64,000 nucleotides of DNA, taken from Candidatus Latescibacterota bacterium. Its GTDB lineage: Bacteria > Latescibacterota > UBA2968 > GCA-2709665. The stretch spans positions 1,952,001-2,016,000 of the forward strand of contig CBDCOX010000002.1 in the NCBI GenBank assembly GCA_965219995.1. The letters are read 5' to 3'. Position 1 is the first letter of the stretch. Each line of letters begins with the position of its first letter. The notes beneath the pieces are model-generated. The model was not told the DNA's origin. It worked only from the letters and a program-made list of their open reading frames with translations, and made no database searches. The position numbers and the translations under genes were made by a program. This document shows positions 21,329-31,571 of the stretch, in pieces.

Positions 21329-21603
21329 CTGGCGCACCCGTAAACGCACGGCCCTGCAGGAGCCGTATCACTCATCATCTAACTTACGAATTCCATTGGG
21401 CGTTCGACGATGGGCGACGTCCCGAAATAAGACGCCGGGAGAATGTCCCGTGTTGCGGACTCCCCCGGCCGGATCGTGTGTTCCAGCGGGAATACCGCCC
21501 TGCTGCGGAAATATACGCCGGCCACGTATCGAAGTCCAGGCACACCGTGAAGCCGGTTTGAGCTCGTGGCGTCGAACGCTATCCGAAAAAACGATCGCAA
21601 CCC

Positions 21604-21647
21604 TTGACATTTCCTAATCAATTCGTCATATTACTAATAATATAGTA
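21604..21647 (+). promoter_or_regulatory. blaI promoter with BlaI/CopY-type palindromic operator
   Basis: TTGACA 21604-21609; AT-rich -10 region overlapped by TACTA-ATAATA-TAGTA (21632-21647). Confidence 0.65.
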
Positions 21648-21776
21648 GCACGCGGCAGGAAAAATCGCCGGCAACGCTTGGACATCCAACGGCCGCGCGC
21701 TGTTCACCGAGCACGCAAGCGAATCCGTCAGATTGCTTGAAATCCGGAAATCAGGCAAAGACGAAAGGAGACTGAG

Positions 21777-22175
21777 ATGGCGAAGAAAAGACGATTGGCC
21801 GAAGCGGAATGGGAGGTGATGGACGGCGTCTGGCAATTCGGTCGCCGGGTTACCGTTCGCGAGGTTGTGGATCACCTCTATCCCAACGGCGAGAAGGCCT
21901 ATACGACGGTTCAGACGATCATGAATATTCTGACTGCAAAGGGCGTACTTGACCGGGAGAAGATCGGTCCCGTCAATGTGTACAGACCCGCGCTGTCGCG
22001 GCAGGACGTCGCCCAGGCCGAAACGCGAAACCTGGTATCGCGCATGTTCGAGGGTTCCTTCGGCGCCCTGGCGACCTATCTCGTGGATTCGGGCGAACTC
22101 TCGAAGAAGGAGCTCGATGAATTGCGGGCACTGATCGAGGAAAGAGAAAAGGCGAAGGAAGGAGGCCCGACGTGA
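21777..22175 (+). CDS. blaI: BlaI/MecI/CopY family repressor
   Basis: L.EAEWEVM..VW, TVREV, AYTTVQTIM..L..KG.L.R, F.GS...L...L, LS.KELDELR. Confidence 0.95.
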   Translation: MAKKRRLAEAEWEVMDGVWQFGRRVTVREVVDHLYPNGEKAYTTVQTIMNILTAKGVLDREKIGPVNVYRPALSRQDVAQAETRNLVSRMFEGSFGALATYLVDSGELSKKELDELRALIEEREKAKEGGPT

Positions 22176-24373
22176 ACACGTTCATACATCTGGCGGAAGC
22201 GTGGTGGCCGCTCTATGCCGTGCACATGGTCGAAATCTCGTTCTTCATTGTTCTTGTGTGGTCCGTCGACCGGTGGTTGGCGCTGGATTCACGGTTGAGA
22301 TACGCGCTCTATCTGCTGGCCCTCGCGAAGGTGTTTGTACCGCCGGTACTCGCCATCCCGATACCCGCGTTTCTGGTTTCTCCGGCAGGTGTCGCAGTGG
22401 ACGCAACCGCTTATTTCGGAGCGGTATCTGAAGCCGTCGCTGTCTCTCCCGAACCTGCAGCCACGCTTCCGCCGGCGTTCTATTTGTTCTGTCTGTGGAT
22501 TCTCTCGGTCCTGGCCTGGACGGGCGCGGCGCTGTGGAAAAACGCGGCCTTTCGTCGAGCGCTGAAGCCGGCAAGCCCGGTGGACCTGGCAAGCGAGATC
22601 GCGTCACTGAACGCACCCGAGACCTTGAGAGTGTATTCCAGGGCAACCCTGCCTTCTCCCATTCTGGTGGGCCTGCGGAGACCGCGGTTGTTCCTGCCCT
22701 CGAAGTGGTCTTCGTGGTCGTCTGAAGAACTGCGAGGCGTCTTGAAGCACGAACTGGCGCACCATGAACGGCGTGACATCTACGTGCTGATTCTGCAGGC
22801 CCTGGCAACGGCGCTGTTTGGCGCAAATCCGTTCATCTGGCTGTTGAACCGCAGGTTGGCGTACCTGCGCGAATTGCGCTGTGACGAAGCGGTGCTGCGT
22901 GAGACGAATCTGACACCGGCCGATTACGGGCGCCTGTTGCTGGGCTTTGTCGACAAGCGGTCCTCCCCGGGGCCGCTGACCGTATTTTTCACCGAGCGTG
23001 GAACGACACTGAAGAAGCGGCTGGAGCACATCCTCAACTACAAGGCGGGCAATATGAACCGGTCAAAGCGGCAGTTTGTAACGCTAATACTCGTCGGCCT
23101 GATGATGGTGCCGCTCTCGATCCGTGAAGCGTATACACAGAATGACGTCTCAAAGTCGGCCACAAACGTCAAGGTGGCGAAAATTGAACACGTACAGCGT
23201 ACCGCGCCCACGGGTACGGGCAACATCGACTCTGTTTCGGTTGGAGTCCCAACCGCCGACGAGGCTGAAGTGGAAACGAAGCCCGTTACGATTTCGCAGA
23301 TCAAGAGTTCAGTTATTGTTCAGGATGCTTTTATGCAATTCGTGAATTCTCGTACCGCACCTGATACAGGGTTCACCGCCACGGTAACCTTGAACGTACG
23401 GGCCGATCTATACGGCTCGGTGGAAGATGTGAAGGTTATGAACGTCGAAGGACCGGCAGGATTCAAAAACGCGGTAAAAGACGCCTTATCGCGAGTAAGA
23501 TTTGAACCAGAGAAACACGTTAGCGAAAATGCGTCGGTATGGTTTACCCAGCAAGTTTCATATCACTGGTATGGCACATCAATGCGCTCAAATCCGGGAA
23601 ATCTCCCCGCTGCCCCGGACACTGGCCTGATCGACGTTCTTGACATCGACCAGATCGAAACGAAACCCCATCCGATACATATTGTCGGCCTGGAGTATCC
23701 GGAAGAAGCAATCAAGACCAAAACAGAAGGAGTGGTTACACTGAGGCTTATCGTGAATGTCGACAGTTCGGTTAGCGACGTGAACGTATTGAACGGACCG
23801 GAGATATTTCACAAGGCCGCGACAGATGCGGTATTGCAATGGCGGTTCAGACCGGCAATGCATCGGGGCGAAATCGTCCGTGCATGGATCAAAATGCCAA
23901 TTGGATTTACCCTTAAACCAGAGGAGAAGGACAAGACGTCATCCGCAAAGACGACGGATCGCCTGATAATCGAAACACCGGACCCAACGTCCGCGCTGCC
24001 GCCGGACAGGAGCGCCTTTGAAGGTGCCAAGGTCTTTCGGTCTTTCGAGGTAGACGTAAAGCCGGTCAACCTGAACTTGCACGCTGTTCGGCCCAATTAT
24101 CCAGATTCGGCAAAGGAAACAGGATTAACGGGCAGCGTCTTTCTGAAATTCAAGATCAACGTGGATGGATCCGTGAGCGGCGTGCAGGTTCTGCGAGGCG
24201 ATGAGATATTTCGCAAGCCGGCGATCGAGACAGTTACACAATTTAGATTCACACCTGCTGAACTTGATGGCAAACCCGTCCCCGTTTGGATGACCCAGCG
24301 CATTGCGTTCGCGCTACCGAATAATCGGGACGAGACAGTTTCTGATACGAGTGATTCGGGTGGGAAAAATTAG
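22172..24373 (+). CDS. BlaR1-type M56 metallopeptidase fused to three TonB C-terminal domains
   Basis: N-terminal TM helices, HELAH (HExxH) ..RRD, NPFIW, RELRCDE, LKKRLEHIL; two YP..A....EG.V.L...V..DG.V..V.V TonB_C repeats plus one degenerate copy; GTGA overlap with blaI. Confidence 0.9.
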   Translation: MNTFIHLAEAWWPLYAVHMVEISFFIVLVWSVDRWLALDSRLRYALYLLALAKVFVPPVLAIPIPAFLVSPAGVAVDATAYFGAVSEAVAVSPEPAATLPPAFYLFCLWILSVLAWTGAALWKNAAFRRALKPASPVDLASEIASLNAPETLRVYSRATLPSPILVGLRRPRLFLPSKWSSWSSEELRGVLKHELAHHERRDIYVLILQALATALFGANPFIWLLNRRLAYLRELRCDEAVLRETNLTPADYGRLLLGFVDKRSSPGPLTVFFTERGTTLKKRLEHILNYKAGNMNRSKRQFVTLILVGLMMVPLSIREAYTQNDVSKSATNVKVAKIEHVQRTAPTGTGNIDSVSVGVPTADEAEVETKPVTISQIKSSVIVQDAFMQFVNSRTAPDTGFTATVTLNVRADLYGSVEDVKVMNVEGPAGFKNAVKDALSRVRFEPEKHVSENASVWFTQQVSYHWYGTSMRSNPGNLPAAPDTGLIDVLDIDQIETKPHPIHIVGLEYPEEAIKTKTEGVVTLRLIVNVDSSVSDVNVLNGPEIFHKAATDAVLQWRFRPAMHRGEIVRAWIKMPIGFTLKPEEKDKTSSAKTTDRLIIETPDPTSALPPDRSAFEGAKVFRSFEVDVKPVNLNLHAVRPNYPDSAKETGLTGSVFLKFKINVDGSVSGVQVLRGDEIFRKPAIETVTQFRFTPAELDGKPVPVWMTQRIAFALPNNRDETVSDTSDSGGKN

Positions 24374-24497
24374 CAGAACACGGTCCGTTTTTTCACAGCA
24401 TCCATCGGTTTCCGGTGGAAAAAAGCGGTCGTGGTGCAGATGGCATTCATCCGGCACCTCGACCGCTTCGCAATACGGGCGACATTTAGACCTTGCC

Positions 24498-24520
24498 GAA
24501 TGGGAGGTGATGGACGGCGT
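24498..24520 (+). repeat. Exact 23-nt copy of the blaI 5' coding region
   Basis: GAATGGGAGGTGATGGACGGCGT occurs at 21807-21829 and 24498-24520. Confidence 0.9.
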
Positions 24521-24589
24521 AATGAAAGGCTTCTACGCAAAATGCGTCCTTGTTTCTTCATGCTGCCAACTAACGAAAGGCGTTGAGAT

Positions 24590-24698
24590 CCCCCCACCGC
24601 ATCAGCAATCGCCGGTCCTTCGACCCTTCACCAAACTCAGGAACCGCAGGCTAAGAGACCGGCTCGGCTTCTGCGACTCCCCCTCAAGGGGGGAGTGA
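24590..24698. repeat. Composite REP/MITE-like palindromic element
   Basis: Nested inverted repeats GCCGGTC/GACCGGC and CGCATCAGC/GCTTCTGCG, CCTTCGAC..CTCAGG REP-like core, terminal hairpin ACTCCCCCT-CAA-GGGGGGAGT. Confidence 0.6.
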
Positions 24699-24720
24699 TT
24701 CGGATGTGCTGTCCGGCTAG

Positions 24721-25245
<525 letters not shown>

Positions 25246-25249
<4 letters not shown>

Positions 25250-26415
25250 ATATCCATCGTTGACAGCATCAGGTTGAGATAGACGTCTGCGCCTGCATTC
25301 AACTGGCTGAGATCGATCCACTCGTCTGCCGTGTGTCCCTGCGCAATGTCACCGGGCCCGAGCACAACCGCCGGGATGCCTGCACGGCTGAAGCTGCTGG
25401 CATCCGTACCATAGCCGACGCCGGTCAGGCCGTCCGGCAGCCCCGTCGATTTCAGCACGGAGGCCGCGAACGCGCCGAACGCTTCCCCGCCAACCGGGTC
25501 CAGCGGGCTATCCACCATATCGGGCGCCTCCTGAACGACCGTCAGGTGCGGGTTGCTCGCACGGAGTGCCTCCAGAATGCATTCGACCGACGGGATCACC
25601 GTGTCCGGGTCCTCGCCCGGCACCACGCGGCGGTCCACGTGGATCTCGCAATGCTCCGGGATGATGTTGATCTGGGTACCGCCCCAGATCATATTAATGC
25701 TGCACTGCGCCCGGCCCGTCAGAGGATGTTCTGACTTCAGCCTTGGGATGTATCGCTCTTCGAGCGCTGCGATCACCTCCATCATCATGCGAATGGCGGA
25801 CCGGCCACGGCCGGGGTCCGAAGAGTGTGCGGCCACACCCTCCGTCCGAATCCGCCAGCGCACCACCCCGTTGTGCGCAACCACGGCCCGAAGCCGTGTG
25901 GGCTCTCCAACGATCACACCCGTCGGCCGCCAGCCCAGACCCGGCAGTTGTGACGCCACAAACGTGCGGACACCCGTCTTCCCGATCTCCTCGTCCAGGG
26001 TAAACAGGATTGCCACGTTGTTCGGGCCGCCTCGCTTGCGGTATCGCGAAAGCGCGCAGAGCATCGCCGCGCCGGTTCCCTTCGTATCGCACGCGCCGCG
26101 ACCATACAACCTTCCGTCCACAATCCGTCCTGCGAACGGGTCCACCGTCATCTTGTCCACGCTTACCGTATCGAGGTGGCTTTCAAACAACAGCCACGGC
26201 GCCTGCCCGTCCACCTGGTGAGTGACGAGCAGATTGAACCCTTCGCCGGTCACCGGCAGCCTGCGCGTGTCCAGTCCCATCGACTTCGCCAGGTCATCCA
26301 GATACACCGACAGCGCCCGCTCCGCGTCCGGCTTCCCGGAAATCGCCGAATTTACGGTATCGAATCCAACCATCGCCTGAAGCAGGGACTCACATGTTTC
26401 GCGGGTCTCAGGCAC
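25246..26415 (-). CDS. M20/ArgE-DapE family deacylase
   Basis: ESHLDTV, GRGACDTKG, DEE, GEPT, AAHSS, GG.QINIIP, TDA, GPG....H; GTG start after GGAG. Confidence 0.92.
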
Positions 26416-26428
26416 CTTGTCTCCGTGT

Positions 26429-27463
26429 CTATCGCCAGCGCTCCTCAAACACCGAGATTGCTGTTCGAGCCGCCAGCATGGACGTCTCCACGCGCTCCCT
26501 GTAGCCGCCCTTCATCGCCATACCCGTCTCAATCGTGAATGAGGGTCCGTACCTGTCCGCACCGTAATCGGCCAGGTTCAACCCTTCGCCGCGTTCCGCC
26601 GCGATCAGCCAGAGCACGCCGGGTTCGCCGGTCTCGAAGAACGGACCCGGTGCGTACCCCTGAGGCGCAAGCTGCGCTCCCGAATCGGCAACGGCCCGAA
26701 TCATTGAATCGGCCATTCGCTTTTCCCACAATTCGTCGTCTTCACTTCGCTGGTGCCGCGCCGAAAACCAGAATCCGTCGCCGCCATACTCGTGGAGATC
26801 CAGCGTAAGCCCCGGCTCTATCCTTGCCATCAGATCTCGCGCGCAACGGGACTCCACCGGCGCCCACGGCGAATCGTGAAACCGGTTGATGTGCAACACC
26901 TCCCCGTCCGGGCTGACAATCAGCGTATAGGCCCTCTGGCAGGGCGCCGTGCCTTCGCCCTCATCGCTGGATGGATAGAATATGCGTCGTCCGAACAGGG
27001 GTTCCAGGAATTCGGCGCCAACCTCGAATCGGCCGAGAAGACCCGTCGTCGAATACCCGTACTCGCCTATGATTGCAAGGACCGTCTCGTCCTCTTCGTA
27101 AAGCACCTCGCCCCTCGTCTTCAGAAGTGCCCGAACATCCTCGACCGACCCTACGTCCGGCTCCTCGCCCAGACTCAGGCTCAACGCGTACCCGTAGCCA
27201 TTCATCCCCATGGGATCGCGACTGGGAATCACGTAGACCTGGTGTTCGGTGTCCAATTCCTCCACAAGCCCGAGGGCCGACCCCACGCCCGCCTGTTCGG
27301 TCGAATGGCTGCCGGCACTGATGAATATCGCCGGCCGTTTTTCACCTCCCGTCTTGAGACATACCACCGGCGCACCGTCAGGCGCGCACCCGAGCACTTC
27401 CCGCTGAAAGCCCTTTCTCTCGACCCATTCAAGGAGATCCGCGTATCGATCGAAAATCCGCAT
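26429..27463 (-). CDS. M14-like zinc carboxypeptidase/deacylase-fold protein
   Basis: AGSHSTE (HxxE), IP..DP.G, INR, DLHE, FTIET; RBS GGGAGG. Confidence 0.7.
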   Translation of the reverse strand: MRIFDRYADLLEWVERKGFQREVLGCAPDGAPVVCLKTGGEKRPAIFISAGSHSTEQAGVGSALGLVEELDTEHQVYVIPSRDPMGMNGYGYALSLSLGEEPDVGSVEDVRALLKTRGEVLYEEDETVLAIIGEYGYSTTGLLGRFEVGAEFLEPLFGRRIFYPSSDEGEGTAPCQRAYTLIVSPDGEVLHINRFHDSPWAPVESRCARDLMARIEPGLTLDLHEYGGDGFWFSARHQRSEDDELWEKRMADSMIRAVADSGAQLAPQGYAPGPFFETGEPGVLWLIAAERGEGLNLADYGADRYGPSFTIETGMAMKGGYRERVETSMLAARTAISVFEERWR

Positions 27464-27542
27464 GAAATTCCTCCCGCATTTTGTACAGAAAAAGCCGATT
27501 TCCCGCATTCAATCGACGGTTTTTCGCGGGCACTCTCGCGAC

Positions 27543-30530
27543 TCAGTGTTTCGCCTCGAACCAACCGGAGTTCAATATCGTTACCGTCTCGGTTGGAATC
27601 GCTGGATAGTCTCTGACGGTAACGGCGTTTTCGGTGGCCGATTCAATCTCGAAACCCGTACGAGGCGCCTCGCCGGCCAACAGATACGACCCCGCGACGC
27701 GCGCGGGATCGGGCAACGGTTCCGAAAGATGGTACGTCCGGTCTTCTACAGACCGGACGCGCAACCTCGTGCTGGCTTCGGGCAGCGAAACATCCAGATC
27801 GCCGCACGTCAATTCCGTACCGTTCAACAAATAGCCCTGGACGGCGCCACCGTGCTCATTCACCGACACAAATCCAAATCGACCCGCCAGACGAACGGGA
27901 CCATATTGACGTTGCTCCTGGTCCGTCGAGGAAATGATATAGTCGGTGCGGCCGGCCAACTGAACTTCGATCGCCACAACACCGGTTTCCGGATTGTCTT
28001 CGATCAATCGCGCACCGGCAACCGGCGAACTTCCCGATATATAAGGCACAATCAGTGCGGTATACTGGCTTGAGAGCGCGGTACGGTCGTCGCCGGCGCG
28101 GTCTTCCGCAAGTAGTTGCCCGATGGATGGCTGTTTCAACTCTTCGGTATCGAATACCCGCCAACCCGGAGCGTCGGCGACGACCAACCTCTGCGGCGTA
28201 TTCAGCAGCATGAGATCCAGATTCACGCCCCGATATTTCCACGTAAACGACGTTGATTTATCCGGCAGAGTCGCCCTCGGATTCTCAAGCCATTCAGCCC
28301 AGACATCCGGAAGTTCCACTGCATCGTACTCGGCGAAATCCGGCGACCCTCCCATGAGAGATCCGTTGCAGTGAAATCCGTATTGATGGGTTCTTCCACC
28401 TCTGACGCGGAAAATGTCGACGACGTAACGCTGATTCTCAGGCGCGTCCACCAGAACGCAAACTCGCTGGTAGACGTCGCACTGCGGGTACACGTTGACA
28501 CCCGAAGCCTGCACGACCTCAATTCCCGGAGCCAATCCGAAAAGCTCCAGGTTGGAGCCACACTCGCTTCGCTCCTGCTCCTGTTCGTCGACGACCACCA
28601 GATTGTGTGAAAGGGTACTCCGCATCCACCTCTGCCCGCTCCGACCGTCCGGCAGGCGCTGGTCGCTGCCGGAAAAATAACCCCGGTCCGACGCCAATTC
28701 CTCGCCGAAGGCATACAGACTAAAGCTCAACACATCCTGGTGCCGATGCCCGGTTTCCACCGTCCACTGGTGCTCGTTGCCGTTCAGATAGAGCGCCGTG
28801 TCGTTTGTCTTTCCATCGCCTCGCAAAACAGCCACATGCCATCCTGGAAACCACTCGGAGCGAATCGGCAGCTCCGCCGCGACGGACGTCAGACCGGAGG
28901 GCCGATACCACAACGCATACTCGCTCCCCTTCCGTGACAATTCCTCACCTTGTACAAGCTCCAGCATTCTACCATATTGCCCGCCGAGGCGTGCCGCCAG
29001 GATTTCGAAGGACAGATGGTCCGCGTACGTATCATAACGCGTATCTCCAATTACCGGCATGCGGTTTCCGGGTGCGAGCAGGCGAACATGTGACTCGACG
29101 GACTCACGAAAGCGGCCCCTCGAAAACATGTCCAACGTCTGGATCCGTTCGCCTTCCTCGGGCACGTAATCCGGCGGGTCGCTGTAACCATGCAGCAGAT
29201 CGGCCAGTTCGCGCACGTTCGAAAGGTTGTGGGCCGAATAGGACGGCGTTTCCGCGTAGAACCCATCGTGATGGTAGCGTGCGTCCAGCATGCGGTGGAA
29301 ACCGTCCAGCGCGCGCCGGACCCGGTCCGGCTGCCTGAATAGCATCCCCGCTCCTGCGCTCAACACGAAGACGGCGGTGCCTTTATTCGAAAGAGAATTC
29401 CAATGTTCCATGTCCGTGCAACCGGCCAGCAACAGGTCATCGACGATCCGGCGATCGGTAGCCTCATCCAGCACGCGGCGACCGTCGGGAAATGATGCAT
29501 CTCGAACCAGATCATACGCGACCATCAACGAAAACAGCGGGCCTGCATCGCTTCCCTTCCCGTGTACGTTCATTCGCCCCGCCCCCCAGAATCCGTTGTT
29601 CAGCGTGGACCAGGTCTCAAACTGGTGCAGGCCGTAGGCGTGTCGTATCGCGCCCGGCGGAAAGCGGCCGCCATGGGGGCCACCCGCCGATTCCTCCCTG
29701 CCCATATTGGCGGCCACCTCCGCGGGCGGCAGGTCCGCGATGCTGCCGTCGTACGAATGGTAGAGATAATTCGGATAAACACGGGCGAACCGATCCAGTA
29801 TCCAGACGACCCTCTCGGCGTATTTCGCCTCGACTGTAACGGCGTACAGCTTTGCCAACGTCAACGCCTGGCCCGTGGCCCAACCCACCTTGCGATCTCG
29901 AATATGACCCGTGAAACTGGTCATCGTTGGACGTTCCCCGAGCCACTTGAGCGCGTGTTTCGCCCGGTTTTCTGGATCAGCCACTTCCTCGGGGGTCTGG
30001 TAGTAGGTAAACTGCTGTCCCATCCTGGGGCATTCGAGCACGCCGGTTTCCGGATACCGTGCGTTCGGATACACCGTCCCACAGGCGCTGCAGGCTATCT
30101 CGTCGGGACGCGCAATATTCCATCTGAACCGCCCGCCGCCCATCAGCGACTGTGTCCCCACGCAGTGGGGGCAATTCTGACCATAGTGGGTCCCGGGCGT
30201 CAACTCCGGTATCAACGCATCGAAGAACGCCCGGTCCTTCTGCATCGCCAGCGCAACGCTCCTTTTCCATCCCCCCACGATTTCATTCGCCCAACCGTAG
30301 CGCGTCACGTTTCGGCGGGCATTTTCGATATCCCCGGATTTGTACATCGTCCGCGGTTGAGCGTGCGCAGTCTTACACGCCAACAGCAGTGCGCTCGCAG
30401 CCAACACGAGCGCCGGCGCGGGGACACTCCTCAACATCCACACGGCGAGCACCGAAAGGGCAACTCCGGGGATGGCCAGAGCGGCGATACCGACCAACCG
30501 GCCGATGTCTTTCGCGGTCGTCCTTCTCAT
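27543..30530 (-). CDS. Secreted heparinase II/III-like polysaccharide lyase
   Basis: Hydrophobic N-terminus ending AHA; CPHC..CSAC; DGFYAETPSY, GHRHQD, SDRGY, SHNLVVVD, VDIFRVRGG..H.Y.FH; RBS AAGGAGG. Confidence 0.85.
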   Translation of the reverse strand: MRRTTAKDIGRLVGIAALAIPGVALSVLAVWMLRSVPAPALVLAASALLLACKTAHAQPRTMYKSGDIENARRNVTRYGWANEIVGGWKRSVALAMQKDRAFFDALIPELTPGTHYGQNCPHCVGTQSLMGGGRFRWNIARPDEIACSACGTVYPNARYPETGVLECPRMGQQFTYYQTPEEVADPENRAKHALKWLGERPTMTSFTGHIRDRKVGWATGQALTLAKLYAVTVEAKYAERVVWILDRFARVYPNYLYHSYDGSIADLPPAEVAANMGREESAGGPHGGRFPPGAIRHAYGLHQFETWSTLNNGFWGAGRMNVHGKGSDAGPLFSLMVAYDLVRDASFPDGRRVLDEATDRRIVDDLLLAGCTDMEHWNSLSNKGTAVFVLSAGAGMLFRQPDRVRRALDGFHRMLDARYHHDGFYAETPSYSAHNLSNVRELADLLHGYSDPPDYVPEEGERIQTLDMFSRGRFRESVESHVRLLAPGNRMPVIGDTRYDTYADHLSFEILAARLGGQYGRMLELVQGEELSRKGSEYALWYRPSGLTSVAAELPIRSEWFPGWHVAVLRGDGKTNDTALYLNGNEHQWTVETGHRHQDVLSFSLYAFGEELASDRGYFSGSDQRLPDGRSGQRWMRSTLSHNLVVVDEQEQERSECGSNLELFGLAPGIEVVQASGVNVYPQCDVYQRVCVLVDAPENQRYVVDIFRVRGGRTHQYGFHCNGSLMGGSPDFAEYDAVELPDVWAEWLENPRATLPDKSTSFTWKYRGVNLDLMLLNTPQRLVVADAPGWRVFDTEELKQPSIGQLLAEDRAGDDRTALSSQYTALIVPYISGSSPVAGARLIEDNPETGVVAIEVQLAGRTDYIISSTDQEQRQYGPVRLAGRFGFVSVNEHGGAVQGYLLNGTELTCGDLDVSLPEASTRLRVRSVEDRTYHLSEPLPDPARVAGSYLLAGEAPRTGFEIESATENAVTVRDYPAIPTETVTILNSGWFEAKH

Positions 30531-30548
30531 GTCAGCCCCTCCTTGGCT

Positions 30549-30714
30549 TAGCAGCCCGTTGAAAAAGTCCATCCGGTCTGCGTCCGGCCCTTGTGGCCGA
30601 AATACAGCGTTGCGCTCCCTCCCCGAATCCAGGGATGCGCGTCGGTCGCGCGCCTTGTCTTCGGCCACAATGACTCGGCCTCGCCTGCAGAGCGACTTTT
30701 TCAACGGACTGTTA
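30549..30714. mobile_element. MITE-like non-autonomous element
   Basis: 21-bp terminal inverted repeats TAGCAGCCCGTTGAAAAAGTC / GACTTTTTCAACGGACTGTTA (19/21), inner perfect 11-bp IR TTGTGGCCGAA/TTCGGCCACAA, TTA at both ends, no transposase. Confidence 0.75.
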
Positions 30715-31533
30715 CGAACCATACAGCGAATCCGCTGTTTTGCCCAGAATCCACGTTTTGTCGTCGTCAGAAAGAAATTCCATCGCTTCTTCGATCACGC
30801 GGAAGCCGACGGCCTCGCCGCGCTGAGGGTCTTCGGGAAAACCCGTACATCCCAGCATCCGGCGGGATCCGAACGCCTCGTAAACGGCCCTGACGTAGGG
30901 ATGAACGTCTTCATGCGGCCATGGCTTCGTGGAAATCCCGTCAATCCTCGTGGCCTTCACGTAGAGATTGGGGTATTTCGCCGCCTCCAGGAGGATCCGG
31001 AAACTGCCATCCAGGCCCTCCGCAAGAAAGGGCTCTCCCAGATGGTCCACAATCACATTCACCTCGGGGAATCGCTGCAACATCGGTTCCATCAATGGAA
31101 TCTGATGGCAGCGGCCGAACCAGGTGAACGGAACGCCGAGCTTTCGAGCCGTATCCCAAAGCGCCGTCTGATCATCGCGTGACAACCACGATGCGTCCTT
31201 ATCCTTGACCGGATACAACCGCATCCCCTGTACGCCATGTTCGCGGTGCAGCCGCACCATCTTTTCAGCAGCATCCGGTTTCAGAGGATCGATCAACGCC
31301 ACCCCGTGCAAACGACCGGGAAATCGGCGCATGCAGTCACACATGTAACTGTTGTCATATCCATGATACATGCACTGAATGAGTACGGTCCGGTCGATGC
31401 CGTTCAGGTCCATATATCTGATGAGATCCTCGACAAGACCCGGATACACGGGCCTGTTTGTCGACATCTGGTCGTTGTGGGTGAACGGCGGCTCTCCCAT
31501 GGTCCATACGTGTACGTGAGAATCGATTCGCAT
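30712..31533 (-). CDS. Amidohydrolase_2 family protein (lactonase-like)
   Basis: IDSHVHVW, VLIQ...HGYDNSY, GMRL, IVDHLG, N.YVK, FG..RML..T.FP. Confidence 0.9.
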   Translation of the reverse strand: MRIDSHVHVWTMGEPPFTHNDQMSTNRPVYPGLVEDLIRYMDLNGIDRTVLIQCMYHGYDNSYMCDCMRRFPGRLHGVALIDPLKPDAAEKMVRLHREHGVQGMRLYPVKDKDASWLSRDDQTALWDTARKLGVPFTWFGRCHQIPLMEPMLQRFPEVNVIVDHLGEPFLAEGLDGSFRILLEAAKYPNLYVKATRIDGISTKPWPHEDVHPYVRAVYEAFGSRRMLGCTGFPEDPQRGEAVGFRVIEEAMEFLSDDDKTWILGKTADSLYGS

Positions 31534-31571
31534 CGTTTCCTCCTATCTGAAAGCAAGTTCGAGCTTTTCGG

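Noticed and set aside
21400-21579. Cobalamin riboswitch or 6S RNA assignment for the structured element
   Set aside because: Only vague similarity (AAGTCCAGG); no B12-box/GCCACTG core and no convincing 6S central bubble. Left unassigned.
24303-24698. 131-aa ORF containing AEWEVMDGV as a second blaI
   Set aside because: Similarity is limited to the 23-nt repeat; the rest reads through palindromic repeat DNA.
30531-30722. N-terminal extension of the 1059-aa lyase ORF
   Set aside because: It is the translated MITE; a strong RBS precedes ATG 30530.
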